A DNA stretch of 64,000 bases from an uncultured bacterium (lineage in GTDB: Bacteria > Chloroflexota > UBA5177 > JANWHV01): the NCBI GenBank assembly GCA_963827235.1, contig CAWHAE010000012.1, positions 928,001-992,000 on the forward strand. The letters run 5' to 3'. The notes beneath the pieces were generated by a model, which made no database searches, was not told where the DNA came from, and saw only the letters and a program-made list of their open reading frames with translations. Below, piece by piece: positions 39,538-49,309 of the stretch (position 1 is the first letter of the stretch; each line of letters starts with the position of its first letter). A program made the position numbers and the translations under genes.

Positions 39538-41775
39538 ATGCGCGTGGCGCACGGAGCGTGTGACGGCGAGTCCGGCCACGGCGACCACGAACAGGCTGTG
39601 AGGACGCCGGCCGGCGGGCCACAGGTGCCTTCGAGGCGCCAACGCCGCTACCCGGTCGCCGTCTGCATCTTGGCGCTGCTCATCGCGCTACTACCAGCAC
39701 TGGCGGTCGACTGTGCGCTGGCCGGCGCGCCGTTCGCGCCCGCCCCGACCGCCCGCGCGGATGCCAGCGGTCCGGCGGCACTGCCGCTTGCCTGGACCAC
39801 CTTCCTCGGCGGGAAGGCTCGCGACGGCAGCGAAGGAGTCGCCGTCGACGACGCCGACGACGTGGACGTGACCGGCTCCACCAACTCCTCCGACTTCCCA
39901 GCCGGTGGAGGGGCTGCCCAGCCGCACTTTGCCGGCGGCACCGACGCATTTGTCGCTCAGTACACGCCGAGTGGGCAGGTGCGCTGGGCCTCCTATCTGG
40001 GCGGAAAGGCCGAGGACATCGGGTATGCCGTCACCGCGGACAGGCGAGGCAACGTCTACGTCGCCGGCGAGACCGCTTCCCTCGACTTCCCCGTGTCCGC
40101 AGGCGCGGCCCAATCCCACTATGGGGGAGGCGAATACGACGCTCTGGTGGCGTCCTTCACGGCGGATGGACGGCTGCGCTGGGCGACGTACCTGGGTGGG
40201 ACAGGGGACGACGACGGCGGCGGCATCGTCGTCGACGCGCTGGGCAACGTCTACGTGACCGGCTTCACCACGTCCCGCGATTTCCCGGTCAGCCCCCGGG
40301 CCGCCCAGCCGCACTTCGGCGGCGGCCTTGCCGATGCCTTTCTGGCCAGCTTTGACACCGGCGGCCGTCTGCGCTGGGCCACCTACCTGGGCGGCACGGG
40401 CGACGACGGTGCCAATGGCGTCGCCGTAGACGGGGCGGGGAACGCCTACGTGACCGGCTCGACGGAGTCGATGGACTTCCCGGTGACTGCAGGCGCCGCG
40501 CAGCCCCACTATGGCGGCGGAGATGATATGTGGGGCGACGCGTTCGTGGCATCCTATGCCGCCGGGGGACGGCTGCGCTGGGCCACCTACCTGGGCGGTG
40601 AGGCTGGGGAGGGCGGGCACGCGATCGCCGCGGACGCCCAAGGCACCGTCTACGTCGCCGGTATTGCCGTGCCGATCCTCGACGCGGCCGGCAGCACCGT
40701 GCTGCCCGACTTCCCGGCCAGCCCGCAGGCCGCCCAGCCGCACTGCGGCGGCTCTGAGGATGCCTTCCTAGCCAGCTTCGACACCGGCGGCCGTCTGCGC
40801 TGGGCCACCTACCTGGGCGGGACGGACAACGACTGGGCCAACGGCGTCGCCGCGGACGAGCAGGGCGGCGCCTACGTGGTCGGTGACACGCTGTCGACAG
40901 ACTTCCCGGTGACAGCAGGCGCCGCTCAGCCTCAGTATGGCGGTGGAGACGACACGCTGGGCGATGCGTTCGTGGCCACCTATGATGCTGGGGGACAGAT
41001 GCGCTGGGCCACGTACCTGGGCGGGACGGGCGACGACAGTGCCAGCGGCGTCGCCGCGGACCGACAGGGCGGCGCCTACGTCACCGGCGAGACGGCTCTC
41101 ACGCAGGACGAATTGGTCGCCGATTTCCCGGTCACGGCGGGTGCCGCGCAGTCGCTCTCCCCGGGCAGCGACGACGGCTTCCTTGCCCGGGTGGTTGCCC
41201 CGCGCGTTCGGCCGCCCGGCCTGAGCCCCACCAAGCCGCCGGCAGCGGGCTCCGCCCACACCCGGTACTTCCCGCAGACCCACCACGCGCTGGCCGGCGC
41301 CGCGCTGGCCTATTGGGACCAGTTAGGCGGCATCACCACGCTGGGCCTGCCGCTCTCCGAGCCCTTCACCCTGGCTGGCAAGCGGATGCAGGCTACCGAG
41401 CGCGCCGTGCTGCTCCTGCCGTTGGGCGGGGTCCGACTGCTACCGCTAGGCAGCCTGCTGGGCTCCGCCCGTGCCACCAGCCCGCTGCCCGCCTCGCCAA
41501 GTAGCGCCAGCCGGCTCTATTTCCCCAGCACCGGGCATAGCCTCAGCGGGCCGTTCCTGGCGTACTGGCGAGCGCACCAGGGCAGCGTGCTGCTAGGGGC
41601 GCCAATCGCGGAGCCGGACCGGGAGGCCACGGGGGACGGGACCGGCCATACCTATCTCGTGCAGTGGTTTGCCAACGGCCGGCTGGAGCTGCACGCCGAG
41701 GCGCAGGATCCGCGCTACCAGGTGATGCAAGGGCGCGTGGGCTACGAGTATCTGCACCGGCTCGGCTTTGCGTGA
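39538..41775 (+). CDS. Secreted SBBP-repeat beta-propeller protein with Chloroflexota-type C-terminal surface repeats
   Basis: About 7 repeats WATYLGGxxxD...VAxDxxGNxYVTGxTxSxDFPV; C-terminal RYFPQTHH/YFPSTGHSLSGPFLAYW...LGAPIAE...VQWFANGRLE. Confidence 0.88.
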   Translation: MRVAHGACDGESGHGDHEQAVRTPAGGPQVPSRRQRRYPVAVCILALLIALLPALAVDCALAGAPFAPAPTARADASGPAALPLAWTTFLGGKARDGSEGVAVDDADDVDVTGSTNSSDFPAGGGAAQPHFAGGTDAFVAQYTPSGQVRWASYLGGKAEDIGYAVTADRRGNVYVAGETASLDFPVSAGAAQSHYGGGEYDALVASFTADGRLRWATYLGGTGDDDGGGIVVDALGNVYVTGFTTSRDFPVSPRAAQPHFGGGLADAFLASFDTGGRLRWATYLGGTGDDGANGVAVDGAGNAYVTGSTESMDFPVTAGAAQPHYGGGDDMWGDAFVASYAAGGRLRWATYLGGEAGEGGHAIAADAQGTVYVAGIAVPILDAAGSTVLPDFPASPQAAQPHCGGSEDAFLASFDTGGRLRWATYLGGTDNDWANGVAADEQGGAYVVGDTLSTDFPVTAGAAQPQYGGGDDTLGDAFVATYDAGGQMRWATYLGGTGDDSASGVAADRQGGAYVTGETALTQDELVADFPVTAGAAQSLSPGSDDGFLARVVAPRVRPPGLSPTKPPAAGSAHTRYFPQTHHALAGAALAYWDQLGGITTLGLPLSEPFTLAGKRMQATERAVLLLPLGGVRLLPLGSLLGSARATSPLPASPSSASRLYFPSTGHSLSGPFLAYWRAHQGSVLLGAPIAEPDREATGDGTGHTYLVQWFANGRLELHAEAQDPRYQVMQGRVGYEYLHRLGFA

Positions 41776-41978
41776 GCGGCGCCATCGCGCAGGGCGTGCT
41801 CGTTGACGCGGTCCCGCACTGCCGCCCGGACGGGGCTGGCCGCGCGCGGTGCGGGATGATGCTGCGGCGGCGGGAGATAGCCACAGGCTGACAAGCGGGC
41901 TCCAGCGGTCTATAGTGGTGCTGTTGAGTCCGGCCTGTCGCGAGTATGGCGGCCGGAGCCGGGAACGGGAGGTTGCTC

Positions 41979-44396
41979 ATGCTGGCGCGCTCGGTTGCCC
42001 TCTCATGCTGGTTGGCCGCTCTGCTTCCACTGTTTGCCCCCGCGCCGACCTCGGCGAGCACCGGGGCGCTGCCACAGGCGCTCGTCGGCAGTTGGTCGAA
42101 CGGCAGTGTCTCCCTCGTCACGTACCAGAACGTGGCAACGGGAGAGTTTGCCCCGGCCAGCGGCACCGGCGAGCTCTACACTGTCTCAGCCAACGGTCAC
42201 TATATCTGGGCGCACGTGCAGCAGGTATCGCTCTACAGCTGCACCAGTCTGATCTTCTCGGCGAGCGAAGGCACGGCGACAGCCGGCAAGGCCAGCATGG
42301 TGCTCACCCCCAGCAAGAACACGGAGATAGGACGATTCTCCTGCCAGACAGGGAGAAACTACGTGCGGCAGCATCCATTGACCCGCCAGACCTATGGCTG
42401 GAAGCAAGACACGTATCAGCGCGGGACGAAGCTCTGCCTGCTGCAACCGGTGGCCAGGGCAAAGCCGGATTGTTTGTGGCTCGACGGCAAGCTGCCAGCG
42501 ACGGCGACGACGGTGCAGACGGGCAGCGGGAGCGCCGCGTGGAAGAGTCGCGCCTCGGGCACCAAGGACGACTTCGCCGGCGCCAGCTGCGGTGGGGGCT
42601 ACTGCCTGGCGGCCGGCTACAGGTGGGACATCGACGCCGAGCGAGGAGAGACGTCGCTGGTAAGCAGCGCGGACGGCGGCGCAACCTGGACGAGCCAGGT
42701 GCATGCGAACAGCCTAGGCAGGCTGCAAGGCGTGAGCTGCGTGGGCGCAGGCCGGTGCGTGCTGGTGGGCAAAGGCACGGTCTGGACCACCGACCAGGAC
42801 AACGCGGGCTGGGTCAGCGACGCCTTTGCTGCCGGCGAGGAGACCTTTCACGGCATCGGCTGCGCGGGGACGGCCTTGTGCGTGGCCGTGGGCGAGGACG
42901 GGGCAGTGCTCACAACCGCCAACGGCGGCATCAGCTGGACGGGCCGGACGCCGGGCACGCTGCACACGCTCAACGCTGTGAGTTGTCCCAGCAGCGGCCT
43001 GTGCGTGGCCGTGGGCGACGAGGGAACCATCATCACCACCGTGGACGGGGGGATGACCTGGACGAGCCGGACCGCCGGCGTTGAAAACGACCTGGCCGCC
43101 GTAGCCTGCCCAAGCACGAGCCTGTGCCTGGCCGGGGGCGCCGACAACGTCGTGTTGGCCAGCACCGATGGCGGCGCAACGTGGAGCGAGCACAGCCTGC
43201 CTCCTGGCGTCTGGCTGAAGAGCATCGCCTGTCCGAGCACCAGTATGTGTCTGGCCGGCTACGCCGGCACCATGGTAGCCAGCAGCGACGGTGGTACCAC
43301 CTGGACCAAGCGCACGCCGCCTGCCGACGATCTGACCGCGATCACGTGCCCGAGCAGTACAGCCTGTCTGGCCGTGGGCCAGGGAGGGTCGGTCTTCACC
43401 AGCGCGGACGGAGGCAATACGTGGAACAGCCATAGCATGGGTACGCAGAGCCTCTACGGTGTCACCTGTCCGACGCAAAGCCAGTGCCTGGCTGCAGGGA
43501 CGAACGGCACCATTCTCGGCAGCTCGGATGGCGGCGCCACGTGGACCAGCCGGGCGTCGGGCACGAGCGACAACCTGTGGGGGATAGCCTGCCCGAGCAC
43601 GAGTGACTGCCTGGTCGGCAGCATGCACGGCGTGTTGACCAGCACCGACGGCGGCGCGAGCTGGTCGAGCGGGACCAAGGGGCTGGCTGCCACGCTCTAC
43701 GGGGTGAGTTGCCCGAACGCGAGCACGTGTGTCGCCGTGGGGAACAGCATAGACGCGGCCACGGACAACAGCATCGGTGCGATCCTGACGAGCGCGGATG
43801 GCGGTGCCAGCTGGACCAGCCGGAGGCTGGGCACCACCAAGACGCTCGAGGCCGTGAGCTGCGCACGCCCGGGCGTCTGCGTAGCGGCGGGCGATAACGG
43901 GACGGTGCTGACCAGCAGCGACGGCGGGGCAAGCTGGACGATCCGGCAGTCAGGCAGCACCGCGTACTCGCTCTACGGGGTGAGCTGCCCGGGCAGCAGC
44001 TTCTGCGTGGCCGTTGGCGGTGGGGCGTTCGACGGGGTGATCGTGACGAGCAAGGACGGCGGGTCGAGCTGGACGAGCTACAACTCCGGCTTCGACAGCC
44101 TGCTCAGCGGCACCTTCTCGCCGGTGGGGACGATCACGGAGCTCACCCTCAGGTGCGCGACCGGCTCCCTGTGCAGCGGCGAGGCGCTGCGAAGCGTGAG
44201 CTGCCCGAGCGCCAGTTTCTGCGCTGCCGTAGGTGACCAGGGCACGATTCTGACGACCGCGGACGCGGGAACGACCTGGACGGGCCAGGTCGCGGCCGGC
44301 GGCAGTGCCACGGTGCAGTTGACTGGTGTGAGCTGTGCCACCGTGCGTGCTTGCGTGGCAGTGGGTCAGGGAGGCGAGCTCCTGCGCATGAGCTGA
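41979..44396 (+). CDS. Secreted protein: unknown N-terminal beta domain + Cys-rich Asp-box (BNR/YCF48-like) propeller repeats
   Basis: Signal peptide; about 15 repeats of LxxVSCPSxxxCxAVGxxGTILxSxDGGxTW. Confidence 0.85.
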   Translation: MLARSVALSCWLAALLPLFAPAPTSASTGALPQALVGSWSNGSVSLVTYQNVATGEFAPASGTGELYTVSANGHYIWAHVQQVSLYSCTSLIFSASEGTATAGKASMVLTPSKNTEIGRFSCQTGRNYVRQHPLTRQTYGWKQDTYQRGTKLCLLQPVARAKPDCLWLDGKLPATATTVQTGSGSAAWKSRASGTKDDFAGASCGGGYCLAAGYRWDIDAERGETSLVSSADGGATWTSQVHANSLGRLQGVSCVGAGRCVLVGKGTVWTTDQDNAGWVSDAFAAGEETFHGIGCAGTALCVAVGEDGAVLTTANGGISWTGRTPGTLHTLNAVSCPSSGLCVAVGDEGTIITTVDGGMTWTSRTAGVENDLAAVACPSTSLCLAGGADNVVLASTDGGATWSEHSLPPGVWLKSIACPSTSMCLAGYAGTMVASSDGGTTWTKRTPPADDLTAITCPSSTACLAVGQGGSVFTSADGGNTWNSHSMGTQSLYGVTCPTQSQCLAAGTNGTILGSSDGGATWTSRASGTSDNLWGIACPSTSDCLVGSMHGVLTSTDGGASWSSGTKGLAATLYGVSCPNASTCVAVGNSIDAATDNSIGAILTSADGGASWTSRRLGTTKTLEAVSCARPGVCVAAGDNGTVLTSSDGGASWTIRQSGSTAYSLYGVSCPGSSFCVAVGGGAFDGVIVTSKDGGSSWTSYNSGFDSLLSGTFSPVGTITELTLRCATGSLCSGEALRSVSCPSASFCAAVGDQGTILTTADAGTTWTGQVAAGGSATVQLTGVSCATVRACVAVGQGGELLRMS

Positions 44397-44623
44397 CAGG
44401 CGCCGCCGATCTCGCTTGCGAATTCCGGCCTGGAGGTCCTGAGCGATGCTCCTCCCGAGCGGCGGGCCGTGTCCGCTACCGCCATATCTCCGATCGCCAA
44501 CCGCTCGGCTGCCCGTTTGATGCCGGTCACTGGACGCACGATGCGATCGGCGAGGAACGGGACGAGCGTAACAACGCCCAGGAAGGTGTTCCCCTGCAAC
44601 ACCGGCGCCGTCACGCCGAACAT
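44366..44623 (-). pseudogene. HAMP-domain (chemoreceptor-like) gene fragment
   Basis: TM followed by LADRIVRPVTGIKRAAERLAIGDM; no complete ORF. Confidence 0.45.
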
Positions 44624-44704
44624 ATCGACGTTCGAGCCACCGTCGTCAAAGAAGGGCTCGGCGATAGAGGGCCGACGCGTCTGCTTGGGCCCGGAATACC
44701 GGGT

Positions 44705-45127
44705 CTAACCGGGATCGTGACAGTTGTAGAAGGCGTCCGTGAGATTGGGCCAGCCCGCGAGAGAGAGATCCCACGTCTGACCGCCATCCGCGGTACGCAG
44801 AATGTGGAACGCGGACGCCGTGCCGGCGATGCAGGTGTTGATGGTGGAGCAGGCGAGACCCCAGGGACCCGGATCGGCGCCCGCAAGCAGCGACTTCCAG
44901 GTGCTTCCGCCGTTGCGCGTCCCGACGACTGTGCCCTGCGCTGCCGTGGCGCAGCAGACCCGGCGGCTGGGACAGGCGATCACGTATATCTCGCTGCCGG
45001 TCTGGCTGTCGACCGCGACCCACCCGGCGGACGACGAAGCGGAGGTCGCCGCCACACTCGGTGCGTCCAACACAGCCACAAGCAACGGCAGGAAAAGGAG
45101 CAGGACTGCCCGGAGATGTGCGACCAT
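44705..45127 (-). pseudogene. Truncated Cys-rich Asp-box repeat protein
   Basis: AAGGG RBS, signal peptide, only two repeats (IACPSRRVC...TRNGGSTW; LACSTINTC...TADGGQTW) before the stop. Confidence 0.6.
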
Positions 45128-45507
45128 ACGTCATACCCTTCCGGGGCCGACAGCGAACCGGGTCCGGCCGCAGGTTACGACCATGTGCCCAGCATAGCAA
45201 GCACGACCGCCCCACCGCACGCGTGGAAGAAGGCGATCAGCGCGGATCGACAAGATTTAACGCTGTCTTCATCGGCAGTTAACATGCCGACGCCGCACAT
45301 TCTCATTGCTATGCACCGAACCGGACCGTGAGCAGCCCATGCGGCAGCGGCTCGAATCGAGGCACACCGATGCCGACCACAGGCGCCGGCCATCCAGGGA
45401 TGCTCCGGAGCTTGCTGCCGTGAACCGCCGCGGGGGAGCTCGCTCCACCATCGAGTCGTCGCCCGGGATGCCCTACGCCTAGAAAGCAGCAGCACCTCTC
45501 AGCGGAC

Positions 45508-45667
45508 GAGCGCGCTGGGCTCGTCTCACCGCGTTCCACAAGACAGCGCGACATAGCACAAGATCGGCCAAGCTCATCAGAGGAAGCGTCGCGCCGCTCC
45601 TGCAACAACGGTGCAAGATAGCCCGCGTATGCTGGCTCTGTGTCGACGACTACCCACTGGAGTTGCG
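45508..45667 (+). repeat. ~160-bp non-coding repeat containing the phased CAAGA promoter, copy 2
   Basis: Aligns by eye with 48115-48275; boxes at 45537, 45557, 45601, 45612; -10 TATGCT 45628. Confidence 0.85.
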
Positions 45668-46116
45668 TCTGGCTGCGCTCGCACTCTACCCGGCCGGCGT
45701 GCCCGGTGGGGCAACTGCGTTCTGCATGCGGGACAGGATGCCGCGTGTGGGCAGAATGGGCGCCAACGTGCACAGTACTGGCGGGGCGAGCTGGCACAGC
45801 GTGGGCTCCGAAGGGACAGCCACTCGAGCGGCTGCAACCGCCCCAGCAGCAGTGGGCACCTGGCCGTGCGCGAGGTCGGCACGATCCTGGCCGCGACGGG
45901 CGGCGGCGACCACAGGCTCCAGACGAACTTGGGCCGAGTGCGTTGGGGGTCACGCTGATGCAGCCACGGCGCCCCCACGAAGATCGACGGCGGAATCCAC
46001 CGATGAGTGCGGAGGTTGAGCATGATACCCCGCGTCCGTCCGTTCTCGCCGCCGCGCGCTGCAAGGCTGCCCGGGTAGTAGGTATGGAAATGGTGTCACC
46101 ATCGGGGAGGTTGAGC

Positions 46117-48048
46117 ATGTTACGGCGTTTCCCACTCCTGGCGTGTCTCGCGATCGGCCTGATTCCTGCGTTCGCCTTTGTGCAGCCGACCGCGGCAGCC
46201 GGAGGCCGGGCCTGGACCTGGCAGAATCCGCTGCCGCAGGGTAGCACGCTTCGCGCGGTGGTCTGTAGCACCGGTCGCTGCGCGGCCGTCGGCGACGGCG
46301 GAGCGTCGCTCACCTCCACTGACGGGGGTCGCACCTGGACCGTCCAGGCCGGAACGGGCATGGCCTCGCCCCGGGCGCTGGCCTGCCCCACCCCGGAAGT
46401 CTGTGTCGCCGTAGGCACAAAGGGGACCATCCGCACTACCACGAACGGCGGCCGCACCTGGCATCGGCGCCATTCCGGCACCTCGAGGGACCTGGAGGCC
46501 GTGAGCTGCTCGTCGCTCTCAGCGTGCGCGGCAGTGGGCCTGGACGGTGCCGTAGCTACTACCGCAGACGGCGGCACGCGCTGGAGCGATCACAGCGTGG
46601 ATTCGACGATGAGCCTGTGGGGCGTGAGCTGCCCGACCGCGACGGCGTGCTTCGTCGCGGGCAACGTCGTCAGCCCGGGCACCAAGTACACCGTGCCGCT
46701 CGTCATGACCAGCGTGAATGGCGGCACGACCTGGACGTCCGGCCACGCCGCGCCGCACGGCTCGCTCGGAGCCGTTTCCTGCTGGAGCGCCACCGACTGT
46801 TTGGTCGCCGGCTCACAGGACGCGACCGCGTGGACGTCGGATGGCGGCGCAACCTGGTCGAAGGCCGGCGCTGACCAGCAGGCGAGCACCCTCCTGACGC
46901 AGCTGAGCTGCCCGGGATCCGGCGAGTGCGTGGCAGTTGGCATGACGCCTCTTACCGGGAAGATTCCTGGGAACCAGTGGGTGGGCGACGTGTACTATAC
47001 GGACGTTGACCATCTGATCGAGCGCACCCACGACGGCGGCAGGACCTGGCGGCACGTCTACTCGAACTACCCTAACTGGCCGAAGCCGCCCCTCGCCGTC
47101 AGCTGCCCGACCGAAAGCCGCTGCGTGGGTGTGGGCGTCTACGGGATCGTGGAGACCAGTGCCGACGGCGGCGCCGAGTGGGTCCGACAGGGGTCGGGCC
47201 CACTCGGTGATCTCAAAGGCATCGCCTGCCCTAGCAGCACGACCTGCTATGCCGTGGGCGACGGTGCCGCTCTCTCGAGCACGGACGGCGGCGCGACTTG
47301 GGTGGCCCTGGCCGCAACCGGCCTGAACGTGACAGTGTCGGGCATCGTCTGCACCAGCACCAGCACCTGTCTTGAAACTGGTGGTGGCGATACACGACGT
47401 ACTGTTGACAGCGGCAAGGCGTGGGCACAGGTGAAAGGGGGTCAATGGATTGGGAGCATCGCCTGTCCCACGCCCACCGCCTGTGTCGGGGTCGGCGGCA
47501 CCGAAGGGAACAGAGAAGGAGACATCTACACGAGCGCGGACGGAGGCGCTACCTGGACCCAAGCGAAGGCCAAGCTGTCCCGCGAGCTGACCGCCGTGGC
47601 CTGCCCTGCCGCCGCGGTCTGCGTGGCGATCGGCTACCACGGCGACATCCTGACGACCGGCGATGGCGGCGCCACGTGGCACAGCCGCCGGTCGGGCGTG
47701 AGCGCTCAGTTGCACGGCGTGGCCTGCCCGAGCGCGACAGCCTGCTTTGCGGTGGGCGACCACGGCACCCTGCTGCACACGAGCGACGGCGGTGCCACCT
47801 GGAGCGCACGCGTGCTGGGCAGCCGCGGGCACGACCTCCTGGCGATCGGCTGCACGAGCGATACCTCCTGTTTCGTGACCGGCAGCAGCGGCAGCCCGCT
47901 CTATGCCACAGCAAACGGCGGCAGTACGTGGACATCCGAAGAGACGGCAGACGCCGGAGCGCTGAACGCCATCGCCTGCGCGACTGCAACCCGGTGTTTC
48001 GTTGCCGGCGACGGAGGCGCGATCCTGGCGTCGATCAGCGGAAGCTAG
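46117..48048 (+). CDS. Secreted Cys-rich Asp-box (BNR/YCF48-like) propeller protein
   Basis: GGGGAGG RBS, signal peptide, WTWQNPLPQG start motif, about 14 CP...C...DGG.TW repeats. Confidence 0.87.
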   Translation: MLRRFPLLACLAIGLIPAFAFVQPTAAAGGRAWTWQNPLPQGSTLRAVVCSTGRCAAVGDGGASLTSTDGGRTWTVQAGTGMASPRALACPTPEVCVAVGTKGTIRTTTNGGRTWHRRHSGTSRDLEAVSCSSLSACAAVGLDGAVATTADGGTRWSDHSVDSTMSLWGVSCPTATACFVAGNVVSPGTKYTVPLVMTSVNGGTTWTSGHAAPHGSLGAVSCWSATDCLVAGSQDATAWTSDGGATWSKAGADQQASTLLTQLSCPGSGECVAVGMTPLTGKIPGNQWVGDVYYTDVDHLIERTHDGGRTWRHVYSNYPNWPKPPLAVSCPTESRCVGVGVYGIVETSADGGAEWVRQGSGPLGDLKGIACPSSTTCYAVGDGAALSSTDGGATWVALAATGLNVTVSGIVCTSTSTCLETGGGDTRRTVDSGKAWAQVKGGQWIGSIACPTPTACVGVGGTEGNREGDIYTSADGGATWTQAKAKLSRELTAVACPAAAVCVAIGYHGDILTTGDGGATWHSRRSGVSAQLHGVACPSATACFAVGDHGTLLHTSDGGATWSARVLGSRGHDLLAIGCTSDTSCFVTGSSGSPLYATANGGSTWTSEETADAGALNAIACATATRCFVAGDGGAILASISGS

Positions 48049-48114
48049 CTGCAGATGCGACGAAGCAGCGCCATTCCAGATCAATGTCGTGCACGCGTGA
48101 CGCGAGTGGCGGAG

Positions 48115-48275
48115 GAGCGCGCCGGGCTGGCCTTGTCGCGTTCCACAAGACAGCGCCGGCTTAGCACAAGATGAGCCAAGCCCCTCAGAGAAAGTGTCGC
48201 GCCGCCGCCGCAACAACGGTGCAAGATAGCCCGCACATGCTGGCTCTGTGCCGACGACCATCCGCTGGGTTTGCG
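48115..48275 (+). repeat. ~160-bp non-coding repeat containing the phased CAAGA promoter, copy 3
   Basis: Boxes at 48144, 48165, 48209, 48220; -10 CATGCT 48236; lies upstream of the LCCL gene. Confidence 0.85.
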
Positions 48276-48326
48276 CCGGCGGTGGAGCGACCTGCCTCGG
48301 CGTGCACGATCCGGGAGTAAAAAGAC

Positions 48327-48845
48327 ATGAGTACGCGGCGAGCAAGGCGAGCACGAGTGGCCTGCAGTGCCCCCGTAACGCTGTGCTTGAGCCTGGTGCC
48401 CGCGGTGGGCGGATTGCCGGCGCAGCCGGTCTGGCCGGCCCTGGCGGCGGTGAGCGCGGTTGCCGTCCCCACCATTATCAGCGGGGACTCCTGGGACGCG
48501 GACGCGTCGAACCTGGGTGCCGCCGGCGACATCGGCAAGACCTTCACCTTCATCTGCCCCGCTACCGACGACTCGCCGGGCTCGTTCTCCGTGGAAGGCG
48601 CGACCACCTACTACGCGAACTCCGACGTGTGCGCGGCGGCGGTGCACGCGGGTGTGCTCGGCGGTACTAAGCTGGGCGATATCGTAACAATATCGCTGCA
48701 GCAGGGCCAGCCAAACGGCCTCACCGGCTCCTCTGCCCATGGCATAACGAGCGACGTCTGCGCCAGCTGCACCGACACGACTTTCACCGTGCAGGCGAGC
48801 GACGGCGGGACAGCGGCCGGGCAGCCCACCCTGCCCCTGGGCTGA
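48327..48845 (+). CDS. Secreted single-LCCL protein, probably truncated by the IS4 derivative
   Basis: Signal peptide; GDSWDADAS...FICPA...YYANSDVCAAAVHAG...GSSAHGITS; the stop TGA lies inside the IS inverted repeat. Confidence 0.75.
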   Translation: MSTRRARRARVACSAPVTLCLSLVPAVGGLPAQPVWPALAAVSAVAVPTIISGDSWDADASNLGAAGDIGKTFTFICPATDDSPGSFSVEGATTYYANSDVCAAAVHAGVLGGTKLGDIVTISLQQGQPNGLTGSSAHGITSDVCASCTDTTFTVQASDGGTAAGQPTLPLG

Positions 48846-49146
48846 TCCTTACCACTTTTCCTCTCCTGAGAGGACGGAGTGAAGACTTGGAACATGTAGG
48901 TCATGTCGACCAGGCGGCCCAGGCCCCGCCAGAGGACGAGGACGCCGGGCTCCCCATCGAGCTTGCGGCCCACAAAGCCGCCCAGTTCGGCCAACCAGCG
49001 GTACGCCTGGTCCAGGCTCGGTGGGGCGTTAGGGGGCGTCGGCGTGCGGTGCACGGCACAGTACAGGTCCTGCCACCTGCCGGTCCCGATCCTCCCTGCA
49101 GCCTAGCACACCCACACCGAACACCCTATTTGTAAGTAAGGATCAG
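48842..49146 (-). mobile_element. Miniature, internally deleted IS4 (IS50/Tn5-like) element
   Basis: 11-bp terminal inverted repeats CTGATCCTTAC (48842) / GTAAGGATCAG (49136); contains only the transposase C-terminus PPSLDQAYRWLAELGGFVGRKLDGEPGVLVLWRG. Confidence 0.85.
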
Positions 49147-49309
49147 GGCTGAAGCCACGGGCATCAGGCCCGCAGCCAAGGGCGAATGGCCGCATTTCCT
49201 ACTTTACTGAACGGTATTGCGTCTAGTTCCACCGCGGCGTTGCCCGCCCGAGGAGCACCGCCTGTCGGGCCGCGGGGGCCAACGCCAGAATCTCGAGGGC
49301 CGCCGACGG

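Noticed and set aside
39780-41200. Regular DNA repeats resembling an array or CRISPR
   Set aside because: They are in-frame SBBP protein repeats with no repeat-spacer structure and no cas genes
41881-41916. Fourth copy of the CAAGA promoter before 41979
   Set aside because: A TATAGT -10 is present, but the boxes do not match in sequence or spacing
45640-46116. 160-aa N-terminal extension of the propeller ORF
   Set aside because: Low-complexity translation; the RBS and signal peptide point to ATG 46117, so this is probably leader or remnant DNA
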